Shown one piece after another: positions 12,464-22,181 of a stretch of 64,000 nucleotides of DNA (position 1 is its first letter; every line of letters begins with the position of its first letter). The notes under the pieces are model-generated. The model worked only from the letters and a program-made list of their open reading frames with translations, did no database searches and was not told the origin of the DNA. Source of the DNA: an uncultured delta proteobacterium (GTDB lineage Bacteria; Myxococcota_A; Polyangia; Polyangiales; JAFGIB01); contig CAVZVA010000009.1 of the NCBI GenBank assembly GCA_963778655.1, positions 64,001-128,000 on the forward strand, read 5' to 3'. Made by a program: the position numbers and the translations under genes.

Positions 12464-13596
12464 GCCCGGACCTCCCGAACGAAGCGCGCCGGGATGCCCA
12501 GCCGCTTCGCCTCGCGCAGCTCGCGCTCCATCCCCTCGGTGACGAGTTCGCCGAAGACTCGGACCTCGTCGCAGGTGGCGAGCAGGTCGAGGCAGAGCGA
12601 GAGCGCCTGCTCACGGCCCGTCGCTTCGTCGATGAGCTGCGGGAGGTAGAGGTGCGGCGCGATGGGGAGCACGCCGTCGTCGATGAGGAACTGGCTGAAC
12701 GCGCGGACCCGCTCGATGTTGCCGGCCGGGTCGTTCGCGAAGGGATGGCAGACGTAGACGCGGCGACGCCGACCTGCCTCGATGCGACGACGGCGGACCA
12801 GCTCGGCGGCCGTGTAGTGCAGACCGTCGAGCACCTCGGCGTAGGCCTCGCTCGGGTAGTCGCGTCCGTCGTCGAGGCGCCACGGCCCGTACTGACGTCG
12901 GCCCTGCGCGAGACGACCGAGGAGCGCGTCGCAGATCTGCCGCTCATCCGCCGGGAGCCCGGTGACGACGCCGCCCGCGCGCATGCGCTCCACCAGGCGT
13001 CGGGCGACCTCGAGCGAGCAGCGCGCGTCGGCGAGCGCACGATGCGGGTGCGGGCGCTCGAGCCCGAGCAGCTTCGCCAGCGGATCGAGCGACATCGACG
13101 GCAGCTCGCCCGTGACGACCAGCGGCCACGCGAGGCTCGCGGTGTCGAGCCGGTGGTAGTCGACGTTCGGCAGCGCGAGCCCGGCACGTCGAAAGCCGGC
13201 CTCGAGGAAGGCCCAGTCGAAGCCGACGTTGTGGCCGGCGACGAGAGCGCCCTCGAGGAGCGGAGCCACCTCGAGCAACGCCTCGCGGAGCGGGAGCGCG
13301 TGCTCCCACGCCGCCGTCGTGAAGCCGTTGATCGCCAGCGCATCGAGCTGCGCCTCCCCGAGACGTTCGGGAGCGACGAGCACCTCGTACTCGTCCAGCA
13401 CCTCCAGCGTGCGCGCGTCGACGCGGACGATGCCGACCTCGATGATGTCGTGCCGCGATGGATCGAGGCCGGTGGTCTCGAGGTCGACGAAGGCGACGGT
13501 CGTCTTCGGTGCCCGGCGTGCGAGGCGCGGAGCGTCGTGGGCGATGATGGGCGCGGCTGCTGCCGACGCCGGGTCGAGGGGCGGCGGGAGCAGCAT
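12460..13596 (-). CDS. Three-domain fusion: DEDDh 3'-5' exonuclease, MazG-like helical domain, nucleoside 2-deoxyribosyltransferase-like (DUF4406-like) domain
   Basis: DLETTG, GHNVGFD, LDT and HRALADA; then GRRQYG...[12 protein letters not shown]; then RVYVCHPF...PIAPHLY...CDEVRVFG...GMERE. Confidence 0.8.
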   Translation of the reverse strand: MLLPPPLDPASAAAAPIIAHDAPRLARRAPKTTVAFVDLETTGLDPSRHDIIEVGIVRVDARTLEVLDEYEVLVAPERLGEAQLDALAINGFTTAAWEHALPLREALLEVAPLLEGALVAGHNVGFDWAFLEAGFRRAGLALPNVDYHRLDTASLAWPLVVTGELPSMSLDPLAKLLGLERPHPHRALADARCSLEVARRLVERMRAGGVVTGLPADERQICDALLGRLAQGRRQYGPWRLDDGRDYPSEAYAEVLDGLHYTAAELVRRRRIEAGRRRRVYVCHPFANDPAGNIERVRAFSQFLIDDGVLPIAPHLYLPQLIDEATGREQALSLCLDLLATCDEVRVFGELVTEGMERELREAKRLGIPARFVREVRA

Positions 13597-14780
13597 CACG
13601 CCACCTCCTTCGCCCAGAGGCGCGGCGACATGCGCTTGTCGGCGTGCGCTTCGAGCTCGGCCTTCAGCAGCGAGACGCGCGGCTTGTCGAGCTTCTTGCC
13701 CAGCGACTTGAGGAGCGCGTCGAGGGACTTCTTGTCGATGGCACCGAGCTTCCCGAGCACCTCGTCGCGCGAGAGGCCCGTCGCGTCCGCGAGCAACGTG
13801 AGCGTCGGCTCCAGCGGGTAGTCGAGGCTCGTGGTCGCGAACATCCGGTAGCGGACGCCGCCGAGCACGAGCTCGTCGCGCTCCTTGAGCTGCGCCTTGA
13901 GGATGTCCTCCAGCTCCTCCTTGCGCGCATAGAGCGCCTTCGCGAGGCGAGCGACCTCCTCGCGCTCGCGGGCGACGCCCTCGAGATCGGCGAGGTCTTC
14001 GACGATGAACTCGCGCTTGCCCTTGAGCGCTTCGGCGTAGGCCGGGCACTGCTTGCGGTGGTCGCAGTAGGAGCAGTTGGTGTTGAGACGCGCCGGGTAC
14101 TCCGTCGCGGTCTCCGTCTGCCTCCCGAGCGTCTCGACGTAGGCGAGCGCGTCGGCGAGCTGCTCCTCGGTGCGCGTCGTCTGCTGCCGGACGCCGTGGC
14201 GCAGCATCCAGAAGGTCAGCTTCACCTTCTTCGCCCACGGCCAGAGGCGGCGCACCGCCACCTCGTAGAGGCTCATCTGCAGTGAGGTGTCGACCTCGTC
14301 GCGGGTGAAGAGCTGGTGGTTGGTCTTGTAGTCGATGACCTCGACGGTCTCGTCGTCGATCCAGTCGACGCGATCGATGAAGCCCAGTACCTCGAAGGGC
14401 CCGACCGGCAGCCGGAACTCCTTCTCGATGGCGAGGACGTCGCGGTGGTCGACGACGCCCTGCTCGGCGATGAAGCGCCGGAGGATGGCGAGCCCCTCGG
14501 CGAAGACGTCCATGCCGGTGAGCCGCTCGGCGCCCCACGCCTCGCGGTAGAGCTCGATGGCGCGCTCCTCGGACAGCGGGCCCGTGCGCTCGTCGTCGAC
14601 GACCTCCTTGATGAGGCGCTCGAGGACGGCGTGGATGGTCTTGCCGAACCGGAGCGGCAGCCCTGGCTCGGCCTGCTGCTTCTCGATGTAGTGGAGGCGG
14701 TACGAGAGCGGGCAGGTCTCGAACCTCGAGAGCCTGCTGTAGCTGAGATGCTGGTTCTTGAACGGGGCGACGGTGGTCAT
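13596..14780 (-). CDS. RecB/Cas4-like PD-(D/E)XK exonuclease
   Basis: SYSRL..FETCP, G..IH, GFIDRVD, IDYKT, Q..LY and [10 protein letters not shown] (1+3 Cys pattern). Confidence 0.85.
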   Translation of the reverse strand: MTTVAPFKNQHLSYSRLSRFETCPLSYRLHYIEKQQAEPGLPLRFGKTIHAVLERLIKEVVDDERTGPLSEERAIELYREAWGAERLTGMDVFAEGLAILRRFIAEQGVVDHRDVLAIEKEFRLPVGPFEVLGFIDRVDWIDDETVEVIDYKTNHQLFTRDEVDTSLQMSLYEVAVRRLWPWAKKVKLTFWMLRHGVRQQTTRTEEQLADALAYVETLGRQTETATEYPARLNTNCSYCDHRKQCPAYAEALKGKREFIVEDLADLEGVAREREEVARLAKALYARKEELEDILKAQLKERDELVLGGVRYRMFATTSLDYPLEPTLTLLADATGLSRDEVLGKLGAIDKKSLDALLKSLGKKLDKPRVSLLKAELEAHADKRMSPRLWAKEVA

Positions 14781-15457
14781 GAGCGCTCCTCGAGGGGGCG
14801 CTCTCGGCGCTCAGGGTTGTTGGTCTTGGCGGTCTTCTCGAACGAGACGATGTGCGAGCCGGGGAACACGCTCATGACGCGGGCGAGCGTCGCGGCGTGC
14901 TCGGGGGTGATCTCCTTGCGGTCGCGGCCCGTGTACGCGGGCACCAGCCACACGTCGCCGTAGGTCTCCGAGTGCAGCAGCACCTCGACGCCGAGCGCCT
15001 TGAAGCTCTCGATGTCCTCGGTGGTGAAGCCGCGAAGCTGGTCGACGTCGACTGCGGGCTGCGCGTCGGCGTCGGGCTTCGGAGCGAGCGCGATCGGCGC
15101 AGGCGCCGTCGAGACCTTCGGCGGCAGCGCAGGCGTCGCGACCTCGGGCAGTGGGTTGCCGAACAGGTCGCGCGCGACGGGCTTCGGCGCCTGCGCACGC
15201 TCGACGACGGGCGCAGCCGCGACGACGGGCAGCGTGCGCTTGTTCGGCCCGTTGTGCTTCTGCCACTCGGTGCAGACGAACTCGTCCGGCAGGGCGCACG
15301 TGCCGCCTTGCTGGAAGTGGATGCAGCGCTTGCCGTCCTCGCCCCGCGTGTACTTCTCGCAGGTGATGTTGGGCGGGCGCTCTGCGGCCGGCGTGGGCGG
15401 CGGTAGCTCCGGTCTGACGAGGTCCTTGATGGCCATGCGCTTCCTGGCCGGCGACAC
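14777..15457 (-). CDS. Phage hypothetical protein with a Cys cluster
   Basis: Overlaps the next gene; four spaced Cys in the N-terminal part; directly downstream of a class I promoter. Confidence 0.65.
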   Translation of the reverse strand: MSPARKRMAIKDLVRPELPPPTPAAERPPNITCEKYTRGEDGKRCIHFQQGGTCALPDEFVCTEWQKHNGPNKRTLPVVAAAPVVERAQAPKPVARDLFGNPLPEVATPALPPKVSTAPAPIALAPKPDADAQPAVDVDQLRGFTTEDIESFKALGVEVLLHSETYGDVWLVPAYTGRDRKEITPEHAATLARVMSVFPGSHIVSFEKTAKTNNPERRERPLEERS

Positions 15458-15476
15458 GAAGCGCCGGTGGGGAAGG

Positions 15477-15506
15477 AAACGCGGGTTGCCTCAGCGAGCT
15501 GGGACA
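15477..15506 (-). promoter_or_regulatory. Class I phage promoter candidate TGTCCCA-N16-CGCGTTT
   Basis: Exact match; upstream of the 15457-10098 leftward operon. Confidence 0.75.
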
Positions 15507-16012
15507 GGCTTCGAGCGGCCGCCGACGAATTTCCGCGCCGAGGGGAGGTGGAGGACGGCGCAGCGGCGGCGGTCGCCCTCGTGGTCGAAGCGCACGCGCT
15601 CGGAGCGCGCGACCACGACCTCGCGCTCGTGCCGCCACCCGAGCTCGAGGAGCGCGCGCAGCTCGCGCCGGAGGAGCCGTCCGCGCTCGGCCCGGTAGAG
15701 GGCCGTGGCCACCGCCTCGGGATGGACAGCCACACGCTCGTCGGGAAGTCGGGCGAAGTGCTCGCCCTCCTTCAGCGTGCCGTCCTCGATGCTGACCAGG
15801 ATGTTGAACACCAGGTCTGCGAGGTGGCCCTGCCGTTCATCGGCGAGGCGCCGCTCGCGGTGGATGGTCCGCATCAGGCGCGTCGAGGTCGCAGGGGCGA
15901 TGAGCCTTGCCTGCGCGAGGCGGGCAGCGAGGCGCTGGAACTCGAGGACGAGCGCGTCGCGCTCCTCCTTCGTGAGGAACGGGATCGGCTCGTCGGGCTG
16001 GCGCGCGTTCAT
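15491..16012 (-). CDS. Stand-alone homolog of the primase-helicase C-terminal (winged-helix-like) domain
   Basis: GTLKEGEHF...VAVHPE...SERVRFD..RRR aligns with GDLKHKVHY...LAVHLE...SERVTFD.GRRR of 22178-25330. ATG 16012 appears leaderless. Confidence 0.7.
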   Translation of the reverse strand: MNARQPDEPIPFLTKEERDALVLEFQRLAARLAQARLIAPATSTRLMRTIHRERRLADERQGHLADLVFNILVSIEDGTLKEGEHFARLPDERVAVHPEAVATALYRAERGRLLRRELRALLELGWRHEREVVVARSERVRFDHEGDRRRCAVLHLPSARKFVGGRSKPVPAR

Positions 16013-16020
16013 GGGGACGA

Positions 16021-16050
16021 AAACGCGACCTCGCCCGACGCGCTGGGACA
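16021..16050 (-). promoter_or_regulatory. Class I phage promoter candidate TGTCCCA-N16-CGCGTTT
   Basis: Exact match; the ATG follows 9 nt after the box (leaderless). Confidence 0.75.
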
Positions 16051-16199
16051 CCACCGCGAACGCGGCCCTGGCCCACGCGCTCCGCTGGGACAGCAGGACA
16101 GCTACTGGTTCCGTCCCGACCGGCCGCCAACGCCCTCTTTCGCTAGCAACCGCAGGCACTTGCGCGCCCTCGCGGACACGGACAGCCGCCGACGGGTAG

Positions 16200-16560
16200 C
16201 ACCACAGTAGCGAGATTCTCATTTTCGAAGGGCCGACGACTCGAGGGCGCCCTCGCGAAGAAATCGCGAATCGCTTCTGAGTAGACCTACCCGTTGAAAG
16301 CTGTCCAGAGAGAGAAGAGATACGTAACTATTGAAGAAGAGGAGAGAAAGACGGGACAGAGGGTCGTCCCGGGACTGTCCACGGCCCGTCAAATTGTCCC
16401 AGCGCTGAGCGCGGCTGCTTCGGGCCTTCGCAAGCAAGCGACCGCGCTGTGACGATCCTCCGGGAGGTGCGGAGGGGCCGGCGAACGCGCTCGCCGCAGG
16501 GAGGGGAGAGAGGGACCCCGGAACCGACGCCCGATCCTGCCCTGGCTTCCACCTTCCCCT
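16200..16560. other. Putative replication origin / divergent control region
   Basis: Non-coding, A/G-rich tract at 16301-16360 with several CTGTCC/GGGACA units. Confidence 0.4.
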
Positions 16561-16618
16561 CTCCAACGAGGCTGCCCTCGTACCCGCCGATGACCGGTGG
16601 GTCGCGAGGAGACAGCCC

Positions 16619-16861
16619 ATGAAGACCCAGTCCACCACCGCCACCGACTGCCGCTGCAAGGCCTGCGGTGCCCTCTTGGCGAAGCGCGATCGCGACGGCC
16701 TCACCATCCGGCGCGGCGACATGCAGGTCGTCGTCAGCGGCGACAGCACGGTCGCGGTCACCTGCTACCGCGACCGCTGCCGCACGTTGAACGTCCTCGC
16801 GTCGCGCACGCCGATGCCGCCGACGCCCGTGCCCGCGCTCCCGAGGGCGAGCGCCGCGTAG
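16619..16861 (+). CDS. Mu Com-like zinc-ribbon protein
   Basis: RCKACGALLAK...C..RCRTLN; GAGGAG RBS. Confidence 0.65.
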   Translation: MKTQSTTATDCRCKACGALLAKRDRDGLTIRRGDMQVVVSGDSTVAVTCYRDRCRTLNVLASRTPMPPTPVPALPRASAA

Positions 16862-16958
16862 CTCGCGGCGCCCTCCTTCACCTCGAGTCCACCGAGCGCA
16901 TGACGCCCTAACCACGGCCCCAAGGAGCGCCTGACGCCCGCCGGAAAGGCGGCGCGTC

Positions 16959-17837
16959 ATGCGCGCACGTTGGGAGGCGCTGCATGCAGCCCTCGACCGT
17001 TCCGTTCGTTCCCTTCAGGCAGAGCAGGCGTTTCAACAGGCAAGGCAGCACCCCGCGCTCGCGCGCTTCGACCAGCCCTTCGAGGTGGTCGAGTACCTCG
17101 CGAGCAAGGGCGGCGACCTCGACGAGAAGGATCGCCTCCTCGGCGTGCTCGTGACCCTCGTGCAGCGGCGCGAGCACCACGAGCTCGTGAGCGGGCTCCT
17201 GTGGCTCGGGCTCTGGCCCGGCCTCGACGCCGTCTACCGGCGGCGGCAGCGCAACTTCCGGGGACAGCCCGAGGAGCTGATCGCCGAGCTGGCCGACGTG
17301 TTCACGGGCATCATCGAGCGGCTCGACCTCGCGGTGGTCCACCGCGTGGCCGCGACGCTCGTGCGCAGCACCGCGCGCGACCTCATCGATCGCCGCCGAC
17401 GCGTGTGGGCCGACGCTGACCGGATCGTCTACCGGGACACCTTCGAGCCGGTACGTGACCAGGACGACCGCATCATCGTCGCGAGCCACCTCGACCGCCT
17501 TGCGCGCGCCGAGTGGGAGGCGTCGCAGGCGGAAGCCCCGCTCGGGCTGACGCAGGGGCTGTCGTTCGAGGACGACGTCGCCGAGCTGCGCGTGTGGCTC
17601 ACCGAGATCATCGGCGCCGACGCCGAGCTGCTGCTCGCGGTGCTGGTGCTGGACGAGAACCAGCGCGAGGCCGCCCAGCGCCTCGGGCTCTCGCACGACG
17701 CCGCTCGCAAGCGCTTCCAGCGCGCGCTCGGCCGACTCCGCGAGCACCTCGCGAGCTCGCTGTCCCACTCCGACCTCGCGGGCCGCGTTTGCCTCCCCAC
17801 GAACCGGATGAACCGCCCGGAGGAGCCGACCGCATGA
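16959..17837 (+). CDS. Phage sigma-70/ECF-like factor
   Basis: Region-4 HTH QREAAQRLGLSHDAARKRFQRALGRLR; region-2-like TARDLIDRRRR. Confidence 0.75.
   Translation: MRARWEALHAALDRSVRSLQAEQAFQQARQHPALARFDQPFEVVEYLASKGGDLDEKDRLLGVLVTLVQRREHHELVSGLLWLGLWPGLDAVYRRRQRNFRGQPEELIAELADVFTGIIERLDLAVVHRVAATLVRSTARDLIDRRRRVWADADRIVYRDTFEPVRDQDDRIIVASHLDRLARAEWEASQAEAPLGLTQGLSFEDDVAELRVWLTEIIGADAELLLAVLVLDENQREAAQRLGLSHDAARKRFQRALGRLREHLASSLSHSDLAGRVCLPTNRMNRPEEPTA
17761..17790 (+). promoter_or_regulatory. Class I phage promoter candidate TGTCCCA-N16-CGCGTTT
   Basis: Exact match inside the 3' end of the sigma gene; upstream of the replication operon. Confidence 0.75.
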
Positions 17838-18082
17838 CCCACGAACCGATCCCCATCCACGACCTGCCCGGCGACGAGGACTTCATCCGCCTGCCGGGCC
17901 TCTTCCGACGCTGGGAGCTGAACGACGTCATCGAGCTCGGCGCGGACTTCCACCTCGAAGACGCCGGTCAGGCCGCCGACGGCACGCAGCTCATCGCGGT
18001 GTACCGGCGCGAGCGACGCAGCACCCGCAACACGACCACCGACAGCAGCAGCACCACCAACCCCAACAAGAAGGAGCAGTGA
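17834..18082 (+). CDS. Small phage hypothetical protein
   Basis: ATGA overlap with the sigma gene; GGAGGAG RBS. Confidence 0.6.
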   Translation: MTHEPIPIHDLPGDEDFIRLPGLFRRWELNDVIELGADFHLEDAGQAADGTQLIAVYRRERRSTRNTTTDSSSTTNPNKKEQ

Positions 18083-18085
18083 CCA

Positions 18086-18841
18086 ATGACGAACAGCATG
18101 TGGCAGCAGACCGAAGAGATGGCGAAGAAGCACGACCAGGGCGGCTCGCTCTGGCTCAAGCTCGCGGGCGATGGCGACAAGGCCGTCGTCGTCTTCCTGG
18201 GTGAGCCGCACCCGCGCGAGGTGGCCTTCGTCGACGGCAAGTACGTCGAGGTCGACGAGAAGATGAAGGCCGCGGGCACGAAGGCCTCGCTGCGCGTCGC
18301 CCTGAACGTCGCCCTCTACGACTCGAAGGAGGTCAAGGTCCTCGAGCAGGGCGTGATGTTCTTCAAGGACCTCGTCCGCGTCCGCGAGAAGTACGGCCTC
18401 GAGAAGTGGGCCTTCGAGATCCAGCGCCACGGCGCCGCGAAGGACCCGAAGACCACGTACTCGATCCTCCCGGAGCACCAGCTCTCGGTCGAGCAGCAGA
18501 AGGCATTCCAGGCGCTTCCGCAGCACGACCTCGTGAAGCTCTACTTCGGCGAGGCGGACAGCGGGGGCGCGAAGGGTGGCCAGTCGCTCGACAGCTACGA
18601 CAAGAAGAGCGACGCGAAGGGCGACGGTACCGTGGCCCCCAACGTCGCGCAGGGGCTCGTCACTGCGCTCAAGGCGCTGCCGCGCGAGGCGACGGACAAG
18701 TTCCTCGCGAAGTTCGGCGTCCAGCGCATCAAGGACCTGCCGACGTCGCAGGTGGAGAAGGCGCGCGCGTTCGTCGAGCAGCTCCAGACGGAGAGCGCCG
18801 CGCCCGCTGCCGCCGAGACCGAGGTCGATCCGTTCGCCTGA
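18086..18841 (+). CDS. Putative phage single-stranded DNA-binding protein (gp32-like OB fold)
   Basis: WLKL..DG.K.V.F, I.R.G...TTY.I.P, acidic tail EVDPFA; position in the replication operon. Confidence 0.6.
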   Translation: MTNSMWQQTEEMAKKHDQGGSLWLKLAGDGDKAVVVFLGEPHPREVAFVDGKYVEVDEKMKAAGTKASLRVALNVALYDSKEVKVLEQGVMFFKDLVRVREKYGLEKWAFEIQRHGAAKDPKTTYSILPEHQLSVEQQKAFQALPQHDLVKLYFGEADSGGAKGGQSLDSYDKKSDAKGDGTVAPNVAQGLVTALKALPREATDKFLAKFGVQRIKDLPTSQVEKARAFVEQLQTESAAPAAAETEVDPFA

Positions 18842-18862
18842 GCGGACCGCGAGGAGCCAGCC

Positions 18863-20797
18863 ATGAGCGACTACATCTCCGAGGTCTTCGGGGACGGCGG
18901 GCTCTTCGCCTCGCGGTTCCCCGGCTACGAAATGCGCGAGGGTCAGGTGGCGCTCGCCCGCATGGTCGACGAGGCCATGCGCGGCGGGCGTCACGCCCTC
19001 GGCGAAGGGCCGTGCGGAACCGGCAAGTCGGTCGCGTACGCGGTGCCGGCCGTTCACCAGGCGCACCACGAGAAGAAGCGTGTCGTCATCGCGACCGCGA
19101 ACATCGCGCTGCAGGAGCAGCTCGTCAGGAAGGACCTGCCGATGCTCGCGAGCGTGCTGCCGTGGCCGTTCACGTTCGCGCTGCTGAAGGGTCGCAACAA
19201 CTACGTCTGCCTCGACCGCATGGCCGAGAGCGAAGCGCGCGGCGAGCTGCGTGGCCTCTACTACGACGACCAGCAGCGGCAGGTCGACGACGTGCTCGCG
19301 TGGGCCGAGGCGACGAAGACGGGCGACGTCTCCGAGCTGGCGTTCATTCCGCACGCTCAGGTCTGGTCGCGCTTCTCGGTCGGCTCCGAGGAGTGCAAGG
19401 GCGACGGCTGTCCGTTCCGGGACGACTGCTACGCCGAGCGCGCGAAGGCCACGGCGCAGGGAGCGGACATCGTCGTCACGAACTACCACATGCTCTTCGC
19501 GCACCTCGCCGTGCGCCAGGCGACCGGGCAAGACCTCGTGCTGCCCGCGTTCGACCTGCTCGTGCTCGACGAGGCGCACGAGGCAGCGGAGATCGCCCGC
19601 GAGTTCTTCGGCTTCACGCTGTCGGAGCACACCTTCGGGCGGCTAGCCTCGGCGGCGGCCGACCTCGGGAACAAGCAGCTCGCGGGCGAGCTTCGCCAGG
19701 AGGCGCAGCGCCTGTTCGCGACGCTCGCCGACTTCGCCCGCTCACCCCGGTACAAGAAGCGGCTCAAGGCGCCGGCCTTCGCCAACGACGCTGCCCTCCA
19801 GCGCGCCCTCGGCAAGCTCATGGCGCTCGCCAAGGCCCGCGCCGAGGACGAGCTCGCGGACAAGAAGGAGCGTGCCACGGCGCGCAACGTGGCCAAGATC
19901 GCAGCCACAGCGGCCGCGCGCCTGTCCGAGGGACTCGCGCAGTCGAACCCCGCCTGCGTCTACTGGCTCGACGTCGACAACAAGGGGCGCACCAAGCTCC
20001 GGTCGAAGCCCATCGACGTGAGCGAGCTGCTGCGCGCTGAGCTGTTCTCCCGCTGCCCCTCGGTCTCGCTCGTGAGCGCGACGCTCACCACCTCGGGCAC
20101 CTTCGACTTCGTGCGCCGCGAGCTCGGCGTGCCCGAGGGCGCGCTCGAGGTTGTCGCAGAGACGCCGTTCGACTTCGCGTCGCAGGCGCTCCTCGTCGTG
20201 CCCGAGCGGCTGCCCGATCCGCGCGACGCCGACTTCATCGACGAGGCCGCGCGGATCTTCCAGCACGTGGTCGATGCCTGCGACGGCCGCACGCTGGGCC
20301 TCTTCACGTCGTACCGGAACCTGAACGCCGTCTACGAGCGGCTGGACGGGCGCGAGCACCGCGTGCTGCGCCAAGGCGAGCTTCCGCGCGCGGAGCTGAC
20401 GCGCCTCTTCAAAGAGGACGTCGGCTCCATCCTGCTTGGGACCGAGAGCTTCTGGACCGGCATCGACGTCGCGGGCGAGGCGCTCACCGGGCTCGTCATC
20501 GACAAGCTGCCGTTCCCGCCGCCCGATGACCCGGTCATCGACGCCATCTGCGAGCGCGATCCGCGCGCGTTCGACAACTACCTCGTGCCGCTCGCCATCA
20601 TCGCGCTGCGCCAGGGTGTGGGTCGCCTCATCCGCTGCAAGAAGGACGTGGGCGTCGCCGTCATCCTCGACAAGCGCATCGCGGAGAAGGGCTACGGGAA
20701 GAAGTTCCTCAAGAGCCTGCCGCCGATGCTGACCACTCGGCGCGTCGAGAACATCACCCGCTTCCTCGAGGAGGCTGCCTATGCGCGCGCGAGTTGA
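18863..20797 (+). CDS. DinG/YoaA family helicase
   Basis: GTGKS, KGRNNYVC (Fe-S), DEAH, SATL, QGVGRLIR. Confidence 0.92.
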   Translation: MSDYISEVFGDGGLFASRFPGYEMREGQVALARMVDEAMRGGRHALGEGPCGTGKSVAYAVPAVHQAHHEKKRVVIATANIALQEQLVRKDLPMLASVLPWPFTFALLKGRNNYVCLDRMAESEARGELRGLYYDDQQRQVDDVLAWAEATKTGDVSELAFIPHAQVWSRFSVGSEECKGDGCPFRDDCYAERAKATAQGADIVVTNYHMLFAHLAVRQATGQDLVLPAFDLLVLDEAHEAAEIAREFFGFTLSEHTFGRLASAAADLGNKQLAGELRQEAQRLFATLADFARSPRYKKRLKAPAFANDAALQRALGKLMALAKARAEDELADKKERATARNVAKIAATAAARLSEGLAQSNPACVYWLDVDNKGRTKLRSKPIDVSELLRAELFSRCPSVSLVSATLTTSGTFDFVRRELGVPEGALEVVAETPFDFASQALLVVPERLPDPRDADFIDEAARIFQHVVDACDGRTLGLFTSYRNLNAVYERLDGREHRVLRQGELPRAELTRLFKEDVGSILLGTESFWTGIDVAGEALTGLVIDKLPFPPPDDPVIDAICERDPRAFDNYLVPLAIIALRQGVGRLIRCKKDVGVAVILDKRIAEKGYGKKFLKSLPPMLTTRRVENITRFLEEAAYARAS

Positions 20798-22181
20798 CGC
20801 GGCGTTGACGCTCGACGCCCGCGAGGTGCCGCCGAAGGTCGTCGAGCGCCTGTGCCGGATGCTGTCGTTCCCGAACCCCGCGTTCCTCGATCGCCTGCGC
20901 CTCGGCCTGAACCCCGGCGCGGAGCTCGAGACGGTGTGCTTCGTCGAGCAGCGCGCAGGCGAGCTGCGCCTCCCGCGCGGCGCCATCCACGTGCTCCGGC
21001 GCGCCGCCGCGCAGGATGGGCTCATCGTCGCCTGCGAGGACGCGCGCGTGTTGCCCGAGGAGACGCTCGACGTGCCCGCACTCGGCCTCCGCGACTACCA
21101 GTCGGCGGCGGTCGAGAAGCTCGCGAAGGTCACGCAGGGCACGGTCGTCATCCCGTGCGGTGGCGGCAAGACGCGCGTGGGCATGGGCGCGATCGCCAAG
21201 CTGCGCACGCCGACGCTCATCCTCGTCCACACCCTCGACCTCGCCGAGCAGTGGCTCGGGGAGCTGAAGGACAAGCTCGGCCTCGACGCAGGGCTCATCG
21301 GCGATGGCGAAGAGCGCTCCGCGTCCGTGACAGTAGCCGTCATCCAGGCGTTGGTGCGCTGGGAGCCCGCGAAGCTCGACGCCTTCCTCGGCGGCTTCGG
21401 TCTCCTCATCCTCGACGAGGCCCATCACGTTGCCGCGAGCACCTTCCACTCGGTCGTCGACCGCTGCCCTGCGCGCTACCGCCTCGGGCTCACAGCGACG
21501 CCGGAGCGCGAAGATGGGCTGACCGCGCTGCTCGACCTGTTCATGGGCGCGCCGCTCGTCACCGTCACGCACGACGAGCTGGTCGCGGCGGGCGTCCTCA
21601 CGGTGCCCGACATCCACAGCGTCGAGACGGACTTCACGTACCTCTACACGGGCGCCGAGGACTACGCGCCGATGCTCGCCGCCGTCGCGAGCGACCCGGC
21701 GCGCAACGCGCTCATCGTCAAGCACGTCGTCTCCGAAGCGCGCAGCGGCCACGTCTGCCTCGTGCTCTCCGGGCGCATCGACCACTGCCACACGCTCGCC
21801 GCCGCCATCGAAGCCGAGGGCGTCTCGGCGGCGCTGCTTACCGGGGAGGTCAAGCGCGCCGTCCGCAAGGAGCTGCTCGATCGCGCCCGCGCCGGGGAGC
21901 TGGCGGTCATCGTCGCCACCAGCCTCGCCGATGAAGGCCTCGACCTGCCGCGCCTGTCCCGCGTGTTCCTCGCGTACCCCGGCCGCGCGCGCGGTCGCAC
22001 CGTGCAGCGCCTCGGGCGCCTGATGCGCCCGCATGCCGAGAAGACCGACGCCGCCCTGTTCGACTTCGTCGACCGCAAGGTACCGCTCCTGCGTCGCCAC
22101 CACCTCGAGCGCAGGAAGCTCTACGCCGAGGTGCTGGGCGTGCCCGCGTCGAAGCTCGGCACGCGCAAGGGAGCCGCATGA
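20781..22181 (+). CDS. SF2 DEAD/DEAH-box helicase (XPB/UvsW-like)
   Basis: LRDYQ, PCGGGKT, DEAHH, TATP, EGLDLP, QRLGRLMR. Confidence 0.9.
   Translation: MRARVDAALTLDAREVPPKVVERLCRMLSFPNPAFLDRLRLGLNPGAELETVCFVEQRAGELRLPRGAIHVLRRAAAQDGLIVACEDARVLPEETLDVPALGLRDYQSAAVEKLAKVTQGTVVIPCGGGKTRVGMGAIAKLRTPTLILVHTLDLAEQWLGELKDKLGLDAGLIGDGEERSASVTVAVIQALVRWEPAKLDAFLGGFGLLILDEAHHVAASTFHSVVDRCPARYRLGLTATPEREDGLTALLDLFMGAPLVTVTHDELVAAGVLTVPDIHSVETDFTYLYTGAEDYAPMLAAVASDPARNALIVKHVVSEARSGHVCLVLSGRIDHCHTLAAAIEAEGVSAALLTGEVKRAVRKELLDRARAGELAVIVATSLADEGLDLPRLSRVFLAYPGRARGRTVQRLGRLMRPHAEKTDAALFDFVDRKVPLLRRHHLERRKLYAEVLGVPASKLGTRKGAA

Noticed and set aside
11343..14538. ORF-track lengths of 666 aa and 692 aa
   Set aside because: The N-terminal extensions overlap other genes; the real starts are 12128 and 13596.
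16058..16424. Extra TGTCCCA boxes at 16086-16092 and 16395-16401 as promoters
   Set aside because: The second box is absent or at the wrong spacing (21 nt).
13596..20797. Cas4-like nuclease plus DinG as a type IV CRISPR system
   Set aside because: No repeat-spacer array or csf/cas7 genes seen; the context is phage recombination/replication.
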